DNA of 64,000 bases, taken from the IMG/VR virus record IMGVR_UViG_3300017824_001452, one strand, 5' to 3'. A model generated the notes under the pieces. It saw only the letters and a program-made list of their open reading frames with translations. It was not told where the DNA came from and did no database searches. Made by a program: the position numbers and the translations under genes. This DNA is from a virus. How positions within the stretch are numbered: position 1 is the stretch's first letter; every line of letters begins with the position of its first letter. Below, piece by piece: positions 29,344 through 38,779 of this stretch.

Positions 29344-30252
29344 ATGAAACATTTTAAACTACTAGTAGCAGTAGGATTTTTAAGTGCCATTGTTGGATGT
29401 GCGCCTTTTGAATCACCTGTTAAAGCACAAGGATCACAGACATTCAAACCTGGATTCACTATTGATTATACAGATTGCGGAGAAATAAGTTCTCCAGACG
29501 GAGCAAACTCAATGCAATTTGGCAAGCCAGATGAATCATGTGGTGGAAGAGTTGTCTCTGATCAAGGCTATAAAAACATTACACAAATAAGATTTACAGC
29601 AGATTTGAGTAGTGCTAATGGAAACTTTGTTACAAGTACTTTTTACATGGTAAACAATCCAACGAATCCTAGTTTACAACCTATCCATGACAACTATTGT
29701 GATGCAGGTGGAAACAAAGCAGAATGGAATTGCCAAGAAGTAGACTTCTTTGAAGTCAACAAAAACGTATTCTTTCAGCATACCATGCACATTGGTGATG
29801 GTAGTGTAAACGCTCCTCAAAACTTTCAGTTTAGTTACTCAACTACTGAAGATCAATGTTTTGTAAATCTAGCAGAAGGTACAGGGATTGTTTCTTGGAA
29901 CGGTATTGATATCAAACAACCAGTTGACTTTGTTGTTGACTTAGATGAAAACGGTATGACCGTAACGATTAAACAAGGATCAATTTCAACAGTTGTATAT
30001 CAAATGGGAGAAGGTTTTTCAGGGTCAACAACTTTTGATTCAGATCAAATTGCACGTTGGCAAGAAGGTAGAGCCCAAGGCTATTGGCTTAACTTAAGTC
30101 GTTGGCAAGATGATAAAGGTCAACCACCATGGTCACCGGGTGCGCCACAAGGCTTTTATAATTGGAGTTGTCCATGGGGTAGTGTCTGTGGAGCAACCGA
30201 TTCATACTTTAAAGTATATAATATTGAAGTAGACGCAGAAGATACCATCTAA
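29344..30252 (+). CDS. Lipoprotein with clan GH-B (GH7-like) glycoside hydrolase signature
   Basis: Lipobox AIVG-C; YCDA and [10 protein letters not shown] (ExDxxE). Confidence 0.65.
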   Translation: MKHFKLLVAVGFLSAIVGCAPFESPVKAQGSQTFKPGFTIDYTDCGEISSPDGANSMQFGKPDESCGGRVVSDQGYKNITQIRFTADLSSANGNFVTSTFYMVNNPTNPSLQPIHDNYCDAGGNKAEWNCQEVDFFEVNKNVFFQHTMHIGDGSVNAPQNFQFSYSTTEDQCFVNLAEGTGIVSWNGIDIKQPVDFVVDLDENGMTVTIKQGSISTVVYQMGEGFSGSTTFDSDQIARWQEGRAQGYWLNLSRWQDDKGQPPWSPGAPQGFYNWSCPWGSVCGATDSYFKVYNIEVDAEDTI

Positions 30253-30262
30253 GGAGTACGTA

Positions 30263-31396
30263 ATGCGAATTGAATCTGAGATTAAGTTAGACTTTTCAGA
30301 TGTATTAATTAAACCAAAGAGATCAACACTAGGATCACGTAAACAAGTACAATTAGAACGAGAATATACATTCAGAAATTACGTTCCCCCGGATATGTCT
30401 ATAGAAGCAATTAGACCTGAATCAGCACAATACTCTGGTATCCCTATTATGGCAAGTAATATGGACGGTGTTGGGACTTTTGATATGGCAAATAAACTTG
30501 CTGAATTAGGTTTGTTCACTTGTCTAGTTAAAACTTATAGTGTAGAACAATTAACACAATTCTTTTTAGAAACAAATGGCACAAGACGAGAGCATGTTGC
30601 CATGAGTATAGGTATCACTGACGATGATATTGAAAAACTAGACAGAGTAATGAAAGTTAGTGCTGTTAAATTTTTATGCATAGATGTTGCTAACGGTTAC
30701 TCAGAACGTTTTGCAGGAGTAGTCAAACGAATTAGAGAAAAGCATCCGTCATTAGTTATCATTGCAGGTAACGTAGTGACAGGTGAAATGACAGAGGAGT
30801 TAATATTAAGTGGAGCCGACATCGTTAAAGTGGGCATTGGGCCTGGTAGTGTTTGCACTACTCGCATTAAGACTGGAGTTGGGTACCCGCAGTTATCCGC
30901 AATCATGGAGTGTGCTGACGCCGCTCATGGTCTTGGTGGACACATCATTGCTGATGGGGGTTGTTCAAGTTCTGGAGATGTAGCAAAAGCATTTGGTGCA
31001 GGCGCTGACTTTGTTATGCTAGGTGGTATGTTAGCAGGACATGACGAAGGTGGCGGCGAAATCATAGAGAAAACTTACATCACTAATGAACAAGCACCAG
31101 CAACAAGTGCAGGCATTGGTAAAAAGGTCCAAAAACAATTTATTCAATTTTATGGCATGAGCAGTGATACAGCAAACAAGAAACACTTTGGTGGACTAAA
31201 AGATTATCGTAGTTCAGAGGGTCGAACAGTATCGATTCCTTATAAGGGCGATGTTGCTAACACAGTGCAAGACATCTTAGGGGGCATTAGAAGCGCCTGT
31301 ACTTACGCAGGAGCACGTAAACTTAAAGACTTGAGTAAGTGTACTACCTTTGTTAGAGTAAATAATCAATATAACAAAGTATTTGAAAACAATTGA
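30263..31396 (+). CDS. guaC: GMP reductase
   Basis: [52 protein letters not shown]. Confidence 0.95.
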   Translation: MRIESEIKLDFSDVLIKPKRSTLGSRKQVQLEREYTFRNYVPPDMSIEAIRPESAQYSGIPIMASNMDGVGTFDMANKLAELGLFTCLVKTYSVEQLTQFFLETNGTRREHVAMSIGITDDDIEKLDRVMKVSAVKFLCIDVANGYSERFAGVVKRIREKHPSLVIIAGNVVTGEMTEELILSGADIVKVGIGPGSVCTTRIKTGVGYPQLSAIMECADAAHGLGGHIIADGGCSSSGDVAKAFGAGADFVMLGGMLAGHDEGGGEIIEKTYITNEQAPATSAGIGKKVQKQFIQFYGMSSDTANKKHFGGLKDYRSSEGRTVSIPYKGDVANTVQDILGGIRSACTYAGARKLKDLSKCTTFVRVNNQYNKVFENN

Positions 31397-32331
31397 AATC
31401 TCCAACGCATTTAATTACAGCAGGGTGTTCTTATTCACAACCTGCTAATAAAGATATCACATGGCCGTTAGAGTTACAACACCAAATAAAATCTTTAAGA
31501 TATGTAGCACATAAAGGTCATGGTGCCTCTGGTAATTCAATTATATCACGCAAAGTAATATCTACTGTACTATCGGCATTAGAACAGGGTGTATCACCTG
31601 ACCAAATGTTAGTAGGAATTATGTGGTCTGGTTGTGACAGACAATCACACTATTCTGAAAAATATCAACACAATTTTATGAAAACTACTGTAAGGGGAGG
31701 TCTACAAGATTACGATGTTTTTATAGATCAAATCAATACCGGAACATATGATTTTCCGGTATTTGTAGATATCACTGACAATTATGGCGAAATGAAAGAA
31801 TACGGCAATGTATTAAATCCTCTTTCAATAAGAAATCCAAACATACCTTGTCATTATATATTAAATCCGCATTGGAACGATGAACTGACTATAAAGTATT
31901 TTGAAAGTTTTGTTAACCCTGAAAAAGCAATTATAGAAACATGTGAACACATTTTAAGAACGCAATGGTTTCTTAAAGACAAGGGTATCAGATATTTTAT
32001 GACAGAATATGACCATGATGTTTTTACATATATGGGACCTCACTATCTAAGTAAAAATTATTCTGATCAATCAGAATGTAAAATAAACCCAGACGAGTAT
32101 ACAAAAGAAAAACATTTTGCACATTTAACAAACCCGGAAATTAATTATCTTTACAAAGAAATAGATAAAAATTATTGGTTACCAATAAAACATTTACAAG
32201 ATTGGGTAACTAACATAAGTGTATATAATCATAGAGAATCAGGTGATCCGCATCCAAGCACTGAGCAACATAAAGATTTTACGGAACAAATTATTGTTCC
32301 CTTTTTACTTGAAAAATATAATATACAGTAA
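31393..32331 (+). CDS. SGNH-like hydrolase
   Basis: TAGCSYS, GASGN, IMWSG.DR, DPHPS. Confidence 0.6.
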   Translation: MKSPTHLITAGCSYSQPANKDITWPLELQHQIKSLRYVAHKGHGASGNSIISRKVISTVLSALEQGVSPDQMLVGIMWSGCDRQSHYSEKYQHNFMKTTVRGGLQDYDVFIDQINTGTYDFPVFVDITDNYGEMKEYGNVLNPLSIRNPNIPCHYILNPHWNDELTIKYFESFVNPEKAIIETCEHILRTQWFLKDKGIRYFMTEYDHDVFTYMGPHYLSKNYSDQSECKINPDEYTKEKHFAHLTNPEINYLYKEIDKNYWLPIKHLQDWVTNISVYNHRESGDPHPSTEQHKDFTEQIIVPFLLEKYNIQ

Positions 32332-32415
32332 TATAATGTATAAATACATTTGTAACACAAAGGTTACGACACAATTTAAAATAACTATATCCGCGTTAGG
32401 AAGGAGAAAAGGCAA

Positions 32416-33087
32416 ATGTCTTACAACAAAACAAAAACAGACCCTGTTCTAGGGCAACAAGTACACGATCACTTAGTCAAAATGGGAGTTGAAACTCCAG
32501 TTACTGATAATGGTCTTTCTCGTACAGAAAAAATCGACAAGATAGAAGAACACTTCAATCACATTATGAATACTTTAGGACTTGACTTATCAGATGATAG
32601 TCTTATAGATACTCCTAAACGTGTCGCAAAAATGTATGTAAACGAAATCTTTTGGGGACTTGATTATGATGCGTTTCCCAAAGCAACTGTTGTTGAAAAC
32701 AAAATGAATTATAACGAAATGGTCGTAGAGAAAAATATTTCTGTGCAATCTAACTGTGAACATCACTTTGTTGTTATTGATGGTCTAGCAACTGTTGCAT
32801 ATGTACCTAATGAAAAAGTATTGGGTCTATCAAAGATTAATCGTATTGTCGAATACTTTGCAAAAAGACCTCAAATACAAGAACGTTTAACTGAGCAAGT
32901 TTATCACGCACTATCTTTTATCTTGGAAACAGAAGATGTAGCAGTAATGATTGATGCACAACATTATTGTGTGAAATCAAGAGGTGTTGAAGATACAGGC
33001 AGTTCAACGATTACAAGCAGACTAGGCGGCGGTTTCAAATCGGATCCAGAAGTCAGAGCAGAATTTTTAGCACTAGCAAGGCAGTAA
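32416..33087 (+). CDS. folE: GTP cyclohydrolase I
   Basis: [40 protein letters not shown]. Confidence 0.97.
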   Translation: MSYNKTKTDPVLGQQVHDHLVKMGVETPVTDNGLSRTEKIDKIEEHFNHIMNTLGLDLSDDSLIDTPKRVAKMYVNEIFWGLDYDAFPKATVVENKMNYNEMVVEKNISVQSNCEHHFVVIDGLATVAYVPNEKVLGLSKINRIVEYFAKRPQIQERLTEQVYHALSFILETEDVAVMIDAQHYCVKSRGVEDTGSSTITSRLGGGFKSDPEVRAEFLALARQ

Positions 33088-33088
33088 T

Positions 33089-33325
33089 ATGGCAGGTCCA
33101 CAATTTCCTGATATAGATGATATCATGTCTCGTATCCGCAAGATGAATATCGAAATGACTTCACCTTATAATGATGGATATGTTTCATGGGGTATTAAAC
33201 AAGACTTATATCTACTTAAGTTCTTTTTAGACAAAGTTATTGCAGATGCGCCTGAGTTTGTTGGGGAAGAGCAATGGTTAAAAGATAAAGAAGAAGAAAT
33301 AATTATGGAGATTTTAAAGAAGTGA
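33089..33325 (+). CDS. Hypothetical protein, paralog of 18168..18389
   Basis: Shared motif EMTSPYNDGY...KQDLY..K..LDKVIADAPEF.G. Confidence 0.7.
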   Translation: MAGPQFPDIDDIMSRIRKMNIEMTSPYNDGYVSWGIKQDLYLLKFFLDKVIADAPEFVGEEQWLKDKEEEIIMEILKK

Positions 33326-33777
33326 TATTTAATAAAATCAGACAACTTAAAGATGAAGGCAAGACTATTGGTATTACGTTTAGTACATTTGATTTACTAC
33401 ATGCCGGTCACATTGCAATGTTGTCAGAAGCAAAAAATCATTGTGATTATTTAATTGCAGGATTACAAACTGATCCAACAATAGATCGGCCTGACGAAAA
33501 GAATCCGCCTATACAATCAATTGTAGAACGTCAAATACAATTAGCGGCTACAAGATATGTAGACGAAATAGTAATCTATCAAACAGAACAAGACTTGAGA
33601 GATTTACTTTTAGTCTTGCCACTAGATGTAAGAATCATCGGTGTTGAATATAAAGAACAGGAGTTCTCTGGCAAAGAAATTTGCAATGCTAGAGATATTA
33701 AAGTAATATATAATGGCAGAGATCATAGTTTTAGTTCCTCGTCATTACGCAAACGAGTAGCAGAGGGAGAAAAATGA
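33322..33777 (+). CDS. Glycerol-3-phosphate cytidylyltransferase-like (TagD-like)
   Basis: FSTFDLLHAGH, RYVDE, RDHSFSSSSLR. Confidence 0.85.
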   Translation: MIFNKIRQLKDEGKTIGITFSTFDLLHAGHIAMLSEAKNHCDYLIAGLQTDPTIDRPDEKNPPIQSIVERQIQLAATRYVDEIVIYQTEQDLRDLLLVLPLDVRIIGVEYKEQEFSGKEICNARDIKVIYNGRDHSFSSSSLRKRVAEGEK

Positions 33778-34307
33778 AGTTACCGAAGTTTTTAAACAAA
33801 TCAAAAAAAGTAAAAATGCCTGAACTTGATTTCGGCAAAGGGAAATATCTATCAACTAAGACATATGGAAACGATAGAGGATTCTCTTGTTGTTTTAGAC
33901 AATGGCGTGCAACGCATTCACATTGTTCGTTGTTACATGGTTATTCTTTAGGATTTAAACTTGTTTTTGAATGTGATTCACTTGATGAACGTAACTGGGT
34001 TATGGACTTTGGTGGTTTAAAAGAACTTAAAGACTGGTTAGAAGATCATTTTGATCACACCATTGTTGTAGCAAAAGATGATCCTGAGATCGGACAGTTC
34101 AGGGCATTACAAAAACGTGGCTTAGCAAAAGTCAAGGTATTCGACAATGTAGGATCAGAAAAGTTTGCTGAAGAAGTATTTAGGCAAATGACTATTATCA
34201 TTGAACGATCAAAGTATGAAGGCAAAGCCCTTAATAACACTGTAAGAGTTAAAAGTGTTGAAGTGTTTGAACATGATGCCAACTCAGCAATTTACGAGAG
34301 AGAATAA
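33774..34307 (+). CDS. queD: 6-carboxytetrahydropterin synthase
   Basis: HCSLLHGY, WVMDFGGLK, FDHT, VEVFEH. Confidence 0.9.
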   Translation: MKLPKFLNKSKKVKMPELDFGKGKYLSTKTYGNDRGFSCCFRQWRATHSHCSLLHGYSLGFKLVFECDSLDERNWVMDFGGLKELKDWLEDHFDHTIVVAKDDPEIGQFRALQKRGLAKVKVFDNVGSEKFAEEVFRQMTIIIERSKYEGKALNNTVRVKSVEVFEHDANSAIYERE

Positions 34308-34390
34308 TGGATTTATCTACCGCATTACTAGCAGTTATTTTATTAGCAGTAATGTATTGGCTTAACAATAATAACAGACCGAGGTTTTAA
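34307..34390 (+). CDS. 27-aa membrane peptide
   Basis: MDLSTALLAVILLAVMYWLNNNNRPRF; TAATG coupling; not in track. Confidence 0.5.
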   Translation: MDLSTALLAVILLAVMYWLNNNNRPRF

Positions 34391-34391
34391 T

Positions 34392-34646
34392 ATGGCTGTA
34401 GGACAAACAATGTCATTTGCCACTATACCCAGAGATAGACTTGTATCTATCTGTCAGAGTTCAAACAAAGCAGATGTATTTGAAGATATCTTAAAAACAC
34501 ACCCTCAGATCTCCAGAGAGCGCCTTATAGAACGATTGACAGATCAAGGTATTGATGATACACAAAGAATTTTAAAAGATTTAGACGATTATATTGAACT
34601 GCATAATGCAGGACTGTCTAGTGCTATAGGTATTTTAGGTTTATAA
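34392..34646 (+). CDS. Hypothetical protein
   Basis: GAGG SD; packed ORF. Confidence 0.65.
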   Translation: MAVGQTMSFATIPRDRLVSICQSSNKADVFEDILKTHPQISRERLIERLTDQGIDDTQRILKDLDDYIELHNAGLSSAIGILGL

Positions 34647-34789
34647 TGTTAGAAATTATAGGCTTTTTTACTATAGCATATCTTGTTATCAAGTTCTTTC
34701 CAGAGATACTTGAAGCAGTATTTAAATTTTCAGTTATTATAATAGGCTTATCATTCTTTTTAATTTTGATGGCCTTGCTTTTTAACTAA
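34646..34789 (+). CDS. 47-aa hydrophobic membrane protein
   Basis: MLEIIGFFTIAYLVIKFFPEILEAVFKFSVIIIGLSFFLILMALLFN; TAATG coupling. Confidence 0.55.
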   Translation: MLEIIGFFTIAYLVIKFFPEILEAVFKFSVIIIGLSFFLILMALLFN

Positions 34790-34824
34790 TAAATATAATA
34801 GTAGCATATTATAGGAGAAGAAAA

Positions 34825-35178
34825 ATGGCAGAGAAAAAAACAACAAAAAAGAAAGCACCTGCTAAAAAGCCGGTTGCTAAAAAAACTGTTGCTAAAAAAT
34901 CTAAAAAACTAACGTTAGATACTTTTCCTTTTGATGAATTATTAAAGATTTGTAAAAAGGATGAAGTAGTTGCAGAGAAAATGCAACAACTTATCAGTGA
35001 TTATTCATTTGAAAAAGATCAAGCCGAACGTGAAAGATGTATAACTATTGCGTATGGTAACTGGGCTAAAGTCAATTATGACGTAGACGGTGATGGTCAT
35101 GTAGATGAAAAAGAACTTGACGGTAACAAACATGCAGATAAGATTTTAAAAGCAATTAACAAAAAGATTAATGAATAA
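34825..35178 (+). CDS. Lys/Ala-rich N-terminal tail plus EF-hand loop protein
   Basis: KKAPAKKPVAKK; DVDGDGHVDEKE canonical EF-hand loop; AGGAG SD; late box upstream. Confidence 0.7.
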   Translation: MAEKKTTKKKAPAKKPVAKKTVAKKSKKLTLDTFPFDELLKICKKDEVVAEKMQQLISDYSFEKDQAERERCITIAYGNWAKVNYDVDGDGHVDEKELDGNKHADKILKAINKKINE

Positions 35179-35371
35179 AATTATTAGAGCAACCATAACA
35201 ATTGAAGTACCTTATGACAACGAGTTACTAAATTACGGATCTAAATTAGATCAAAAACTTAGAGAAGTTATAGACAGAACCAAACATTTAAGTTGTAGTG
35301 TTCAAGCAGGTAATTTAGAACCTAGTACTGAACCAGTTTTAGAAAGATTAAAGACTAAGGAGAATGTATGA
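35171..35371 (+). CDS. Hypothetical protein
   Basis: Packed ORF. Confidence 0.55.
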   Translation: MNKIIRATITIEVPYDNELLNYGSKLDQKLREVIDRTKHLSCSVQAGNLEPSTEPVLERLKTKENV

Positions 35372-35538
35372 GAGAATCAAAAATAGTTACTGAAGAAGTT
35401 TACGTAGTTGAACTTATCGAAAATGGCGAAGTAAAGGAAAGAAGGTACCTTCCAGGCAAGTCAAAGTATTATGCAGAAGACTGTGCTGAAAATTGGACTA
35501 ACGGCGTTATAAAGGAAGCAAATGAACAAACGGCTTAG
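35368..35538 (+). CDS. 56-aa hypothetical protein (KS.YYAEDCAENW motif)
   Basis: AAGGAG SD and ATGA overlap; not in track. Confidence 0.65.
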   Translation: MRESKIVTEEVYVVELIENGEVKERRYLPGKSKYYAEDCAENWTNGVIKEANEQTA

Positions 35539-36079
35539 TATCGGTGACGTAAAAAACGCCGTACAAGAAATCCTAAGGCAAATGCACTTAGATAATTTTA
35601 GACCTGATTATGTAGTAGGTATTACAAGGGGAGGTTTACTTCCTGCTAAGATGATATCACATTATCTTAAAGTTCCCATGCACACATTAGATATATCATT
35701 ACGTGATAATGTTCAAGGAGGACCAGAGAGTAATCTATGGATGCCTTGTGATGCGTTTGGTGCAGTTGATCCAAACGATGTTCCAGTATTTAAAAATAGA
35801 TGGGACGCAACTAAACGCAAAAACATTCTTATTGTAGAAGACATCAATGACAGTGGTGCAACTCTTAATTGGATTAAACAAGACTGGGAACAATCTTGTT
35901 TTCCAAACGAAAGACATACATGGAACATTGTTTGGAAAAACAATGTTAAGTTCGCAGTTCTTGTAAACAATGAAGCAAGTCAATTCGATGGAGTTGACTA
36001 TCAATATGAATCGATCAATCGACTAGAAACTCCTGATCTTTGGCTAGACTTCCCTTGGGAAAGTTGGTGGTTAGATTAG
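35522..36079 (+). CDS. Type I purine phosphoribosyltransferase (Gpt-like)
   Basis: VVGITRGGLLPA, ILIVEDINDSGATL PRPP loop, WLDFPWE. Confidence 0.88.
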   Translation: MNKRLSIGDVKNAVQEILRQMHLDNFRPDYVVGITRGGLLPAKMISHYLKVPMHTLDISLRDNVQGGPESNLWMPCDAFGAVDPNDVPVFKNRWDATKRKNILIVEDINDSGATLNWIKQDWEQSCFPNERHTWNIVWKNNVKFAVLVNNEASQFDGVDYQYESINRLETPDLWLDFPWESWWLD

Positions 36080-36080
36080 G

Positions 36081-36109
36081 TTGACTTTACTATCAATAGG
36101 TGATATAAT
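36081..36109 (+). promoter_or_regulatory. sigma70-type promoter
   Basis: TTGACT-N17-TATAAT. Confidence 0.7.
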
Positions 36110-36115
36110 ATGATA

Positions 36116-36280
36116 ATGGAAATACTAGAATTTATTTTTGTTTTAATTATTACAGTGGGCATGGGTTACTTTGCTTACATGAGTAGTGTAATGGTATCAG
36201 AAAAGAAAGCAAGGTATAGAGCAGGTACGCATGACTATTATGATAACCCTATTGAGGACGTAGATGACACTAAAGTATAG
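36116..36280 (+). CDS. 54-aa single-pass membrane protein
   Basis: MEILEFIFVLIITVGMGYFAYM...GTHDYYDNPI; ATG 6 nt after the -10; not in track. Confidence 0.6.
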   Translation: MEILEFIFVLIITVGMGYFAYMSSVMVSEKKARYRAGTHDYYDNPIEDVDDTKV

Positions 36281-37151
36281 TGAAACATTCTTTTCAGCAC
36301 AAGGTGAAGGTCAATACGTAGGCATCCCGTCATTATGGATGCGATTCTTTTTATGTAATTTACAATGCAATGGTTTTGGTCAAAAGGATCCAACTGATCC
36401 CAGTACATATGATTTGCCTTATGAAAAGATTGACATTACAAATATCGATAATGTATTTGATCTTCCTGTATTTGATAAAGGATGTGACAGTTCATACACA
36501 TGGAGTAAGAAGTTTAAGCATCTTATCACAGATAAAACTGTAACAGAAGCAGTAGACGAACTTACAGCACTGTTGCCACATGGTAAGTTCATGCACCCTG
36601 CTACACAACAAGAAGCACATATGGTATTCACAGGTGGCGAGCCAATGCTTAAGAACACACAACCAGGCATGATGCAAGTTATAGACGAGTTCAAACGTAG
36701 AGATAACATGCCAATGAACGTAACTGTGGAAACTAACGGCACTAAACCTATCACAGATGAATTTGCTAATTGGGTACATTGTAATTACTCAGGTTGGGTA
36801 GGAAGAGAATGGTATTGGTCGATCAGTCCTAAACTATGGTCAACAGCAGGTGAACAATCTAAGAAAGCAATCAAGCCTGAAGTAGTAGGTAGATATGCTG
36901 AAGTTAGTCCTGTAGGTCAACTAAAGTATGTTGTCAATGGTACAGACGAGAGTTGGCGTGAAGTAGAAGAATATACTAAACTGTTCAGAGAAGCAGGATG
37001 TAATTATCCCGTATGGATTATGGGAGTAGGTGGAACATATGAAGGCTTAGTACAAACAGAAGCAACAATTGCAGACGAAGCCATTAGACGAGGGTACTTT
37101 TATACAAGTAGAGTACACGTTCATATATATGGTAACGCAATAGGCAAATGA
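36264..37151 (+). CDS. queE: 7-carboxy-7-deazaguanine synthase (radical SAM)
   Basis: SETFFSAQGEG, RFFLCNLQC...CDS (with insertion), VFTGGEP, VETNGT, SISPKL, RVHVHIYG. Confidence 0.92.
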   Translation: MTLKYSETFFSAQGEGQYVGIPSLWMRFFLCNLQCNGFGQKDPTDPSTYDLPYEKIDITNIDNVFDLPVFDKGCDSSYTWSKKFKHLITDKTVTEAVDELTALLPHGKFMHPATQQEAHMVFTGGEPMLKNTQPGMMQVIDEFKRRDNMPMNVTVETNGTKPITDEFANWVHCNYSGWVGREWYWSISPKLWSTAGEQSKKAIKPEVVGRYAEVSPVGQLKYVVNGTDESWREVEEYTKLFREAGCNYPVWIMGVGGTYEGLVQTEATIADEAIRRGYFYTSRVHVHIYGNAIGK

Positions 37152-37217
37152 GAATCATTAATTTCTTGTAAATCAATGGATTACATGATAAATAGTGATG
37201 TATAAAGGAAAACAACA

Positions 37218-37415
37218 ATGAATCATCTATTAGAAGCATTAATTAAAAAACTTGAAGGCGAAATTGCAATGGCAAAAGCCAACATTCAAGTATACATTGA
37301 TAACCCTGCAGGTATCGGAGAGCATCCTGATGTTGTCCAAGCAGTTGAATCACAGATTGAAGCAATCGCAAACGCAGAGGAGAAGATAGATACAATTCAA
37401 AAACATTATAGATAA
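37218..37415 (+). CDS. Small helical-hairpin hypothetical protein (NPAGIGEHPD motif)
   Basis: Late box GATAAATA and AAGGA upstream. Confidence 0.75.
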   Translation: MNHLLEALIKKLEGEIAMAKANIQVYIDNPAGIGEHPDVVQAVESQIEAIANAEEKIDTIQKHYR

Positions 37416-37421
37416 AACAAT

Positions 37422-37913
37422 ATGGCATATTCAGATAAAGTAGTACAACGGTTCGAGGACGTTTTAAAAAATCCCGAAAAACACGCAGTAGGAAGATTCG
37501 ATCCAAATGATGCAGATGTAGCAACTGGAATGACAGGTGCACCCGCATGTGGAGACGTAATGAAACTGCAACTCAAGTTAGATAAAGACGAAAGAATTGT
37601 TGATGTCAAATTCAAAACATACGGCTGTGGATCCGCAATAGCAAGTTCAACTATGTTCGTTGAAATGCTAATGGGTAAGACAGTAGAAGAAGCACAACAA
37701 ATCAAAGACAGAGACATAGCAACCGCACTAGAACTCCCCGCAATTAAATTGCATTGTAGTGTATTAGCCGAAGCAAGTATTAAAGATGCCCTTAAAAACT
37801 GGGACGAAAAACGAGAAGAATTTATTGGAAGTAGTGATAGCATGATTGGACATAACAATCCACCGTCTGGATTACTTCAAATAGAGGAACCTACTACTAC
37901 AGTAGAAATTTAA
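37422..37913 (+). CDS. iscU: Fe-S cluster scaffold protein IscU with C-terminal extension
   Basis: MAYSDKV, GAPACGDVM, FKTYGCGSAIAS, LPAIKLHCSVLA. Confidence 0.95.
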   Translation: MAYSDKVVQRFEDVLKNPEKHAVGRFDPNDADVATGMTGAPACGDVMKLQLKLDKDERIVDVKFKTYGCGSAIASSTMFVEMLMGKTVEEAQQIKDRDIATALELPAIKLHCSVLAEASIKDALKNWDEKREEFIGSSDSMIGHNNPPSGLLQIEEPTTTVEI

Positions 37914-37956
37914 TACAACACATATTTAATTATAAATATACAAACTAAAAGGAAGA

Positions 37957-38124
37957 ATGGCTAAAGCAAGTAGAAGAAAAATAAACAAGTCGTTAATTAA
38001 CGGTACAGGTAAAAAATGCACATCAACAGGTGTTGGTGGAAGGGGTCGCAGAGTAAAGATTGCGATGAGTACAATGAATAAGGCAAAGAAACGTTCAATG
38101 TCTATTAATAGAGGTCAAGGATAA
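37957..38124 (+). CDS. 55-aa very basic protein ending RGQG
   Basis: TATAAATA late box at 37931 and AAGGA SD; TAATG coupling to the next gene; not in track. Confidence 0.7.
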   Translation: MAKASRRKINKSLINGTGKKCTSTGVGGRGRRVKIAMSTMNKAKKRSMSINRGQG

Positions 38125-38345
38125 TGCCAGTTAAATTTAAACCATCACAAAAAACAGTACAAAGAGGTACTAAAGTAACAACTACAACTCACTACTATAT
38201 TAAAAATACTCCTAAGCAAGAACTTATTGATTATATTAATAGTAGTAATGGTAGACCTAAAATCAAGCAAAAATGCAGAAATGAACTTGATCGCAGAGGT
38301 GTAAAGTTAGTTTGGGAAAAAAAGTCTACAGATTCTATAATTTAA
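38124..38345 (+). CDS. Small basic hypothetical protein
   Basis: Packed ORF. Confidence 0.7.
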   Translation: MPVKFKPSQKTVQRGTKVTTTTHYYIKNTPKQELIDYINSSNGRPKIKQKCRNELDRRGVKLVWEKKSTDSII

Positions 38346-38346
38346 G

Positions 38347-38375
38347 TTGACATCTTATATCGTCGGTGATATAAT
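38347..38375 (+). promoter_or_regulatory. Consensus sigma70 promoter
   Basis: TTGACA-N17-TATAAT (with TG extension). Confidence 0.8.
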
Positions 38376-38381
38376 TGTTGC

Positions 38382-38535
38382 ATCTTTTGACATAGAGGAG
38401 ACTGAAGCAATGGAAACATTACACCTGACGGGAATTCCCAGCCGAGTACAGGACATTTAGAATAAAAAATATGGGCCGAACAATACTAAACAATATATGA
38501 GAAAATAATGAAGGATCGAAAGGTCCTTCCTTTTT
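38382..38535 (+). ncRNA. Candidate ~155-nt small RNA (or 16-aa peptide gene 38410..38460)
   Basis: Bounded by its own consensus promoter and an intrinsic terminator; no ORF longer than 16 aa. Confidence 0.5.
38510..38535 (+). terminator. Rho-independent terminator
   Basis: GAAGGATC-GAAA-GGTCCTTC then CTTTTT. Confidence 0.75.
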
Positions 38536-38549
38536 GGGTATAAAAGATG

Positions 38550-38578
38550 TTGACATTGATTTTGAGAGGAAGTATAAT
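38550..38578 (+). promoter_or_regulatory. Consensus sigma70 promoter (leaderless geometry)
   Basis: TTGACA-N17-TATAAT, 6 nt before ATG 38585. Confidence 0.8.
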
Positions 38579-38584
38579 AGTTAC

Positions 38585-38779
38585 ATGAGTGCTAATGATG
38601 GATATTACTTAATGCTAGATGCAAAGCAACTATGGCTTGCAGATAATCCTAGCAAAACAGACAGAGACTTTTTCAGAATAGGTGTAGACGTACAAGACGA
38701 ATACACAGAAAAAGCAGGTGGCAAAAAGATTAAGTATCTTGGTGCCGGTGCTTGGTTGTGGGAGAGAAATGTACAATAA
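38585..38779 (+). CDS. Hypothetical protein
   Basis: Start reassigned downstream of the promoter (MSANDGYY). Confidence 0.6.
   Translation: MSANDGYYLMLDAKQLWLADNPSKTDRDFFRIGVDVQDEYTEKAGGKKIKYLGAGAWLWERNVQ

Noticed and set aside
32340-32415. preQ1 or THF riboswitch upstream of folE
   Set aside because: Only short hairpins (GTAAC/GTTAC, TCC/GGA); consensus loops and tails not matched.
38382-38500. Glycine riboswitch or hammerhead ribozyme
   Set aside because: GGAGA...ACACC...CAGG is reminiscent of a glycine aptamer, but the GAAGG and CUCU cores are missing. No CUGANGA/GAAA hammerhead core.
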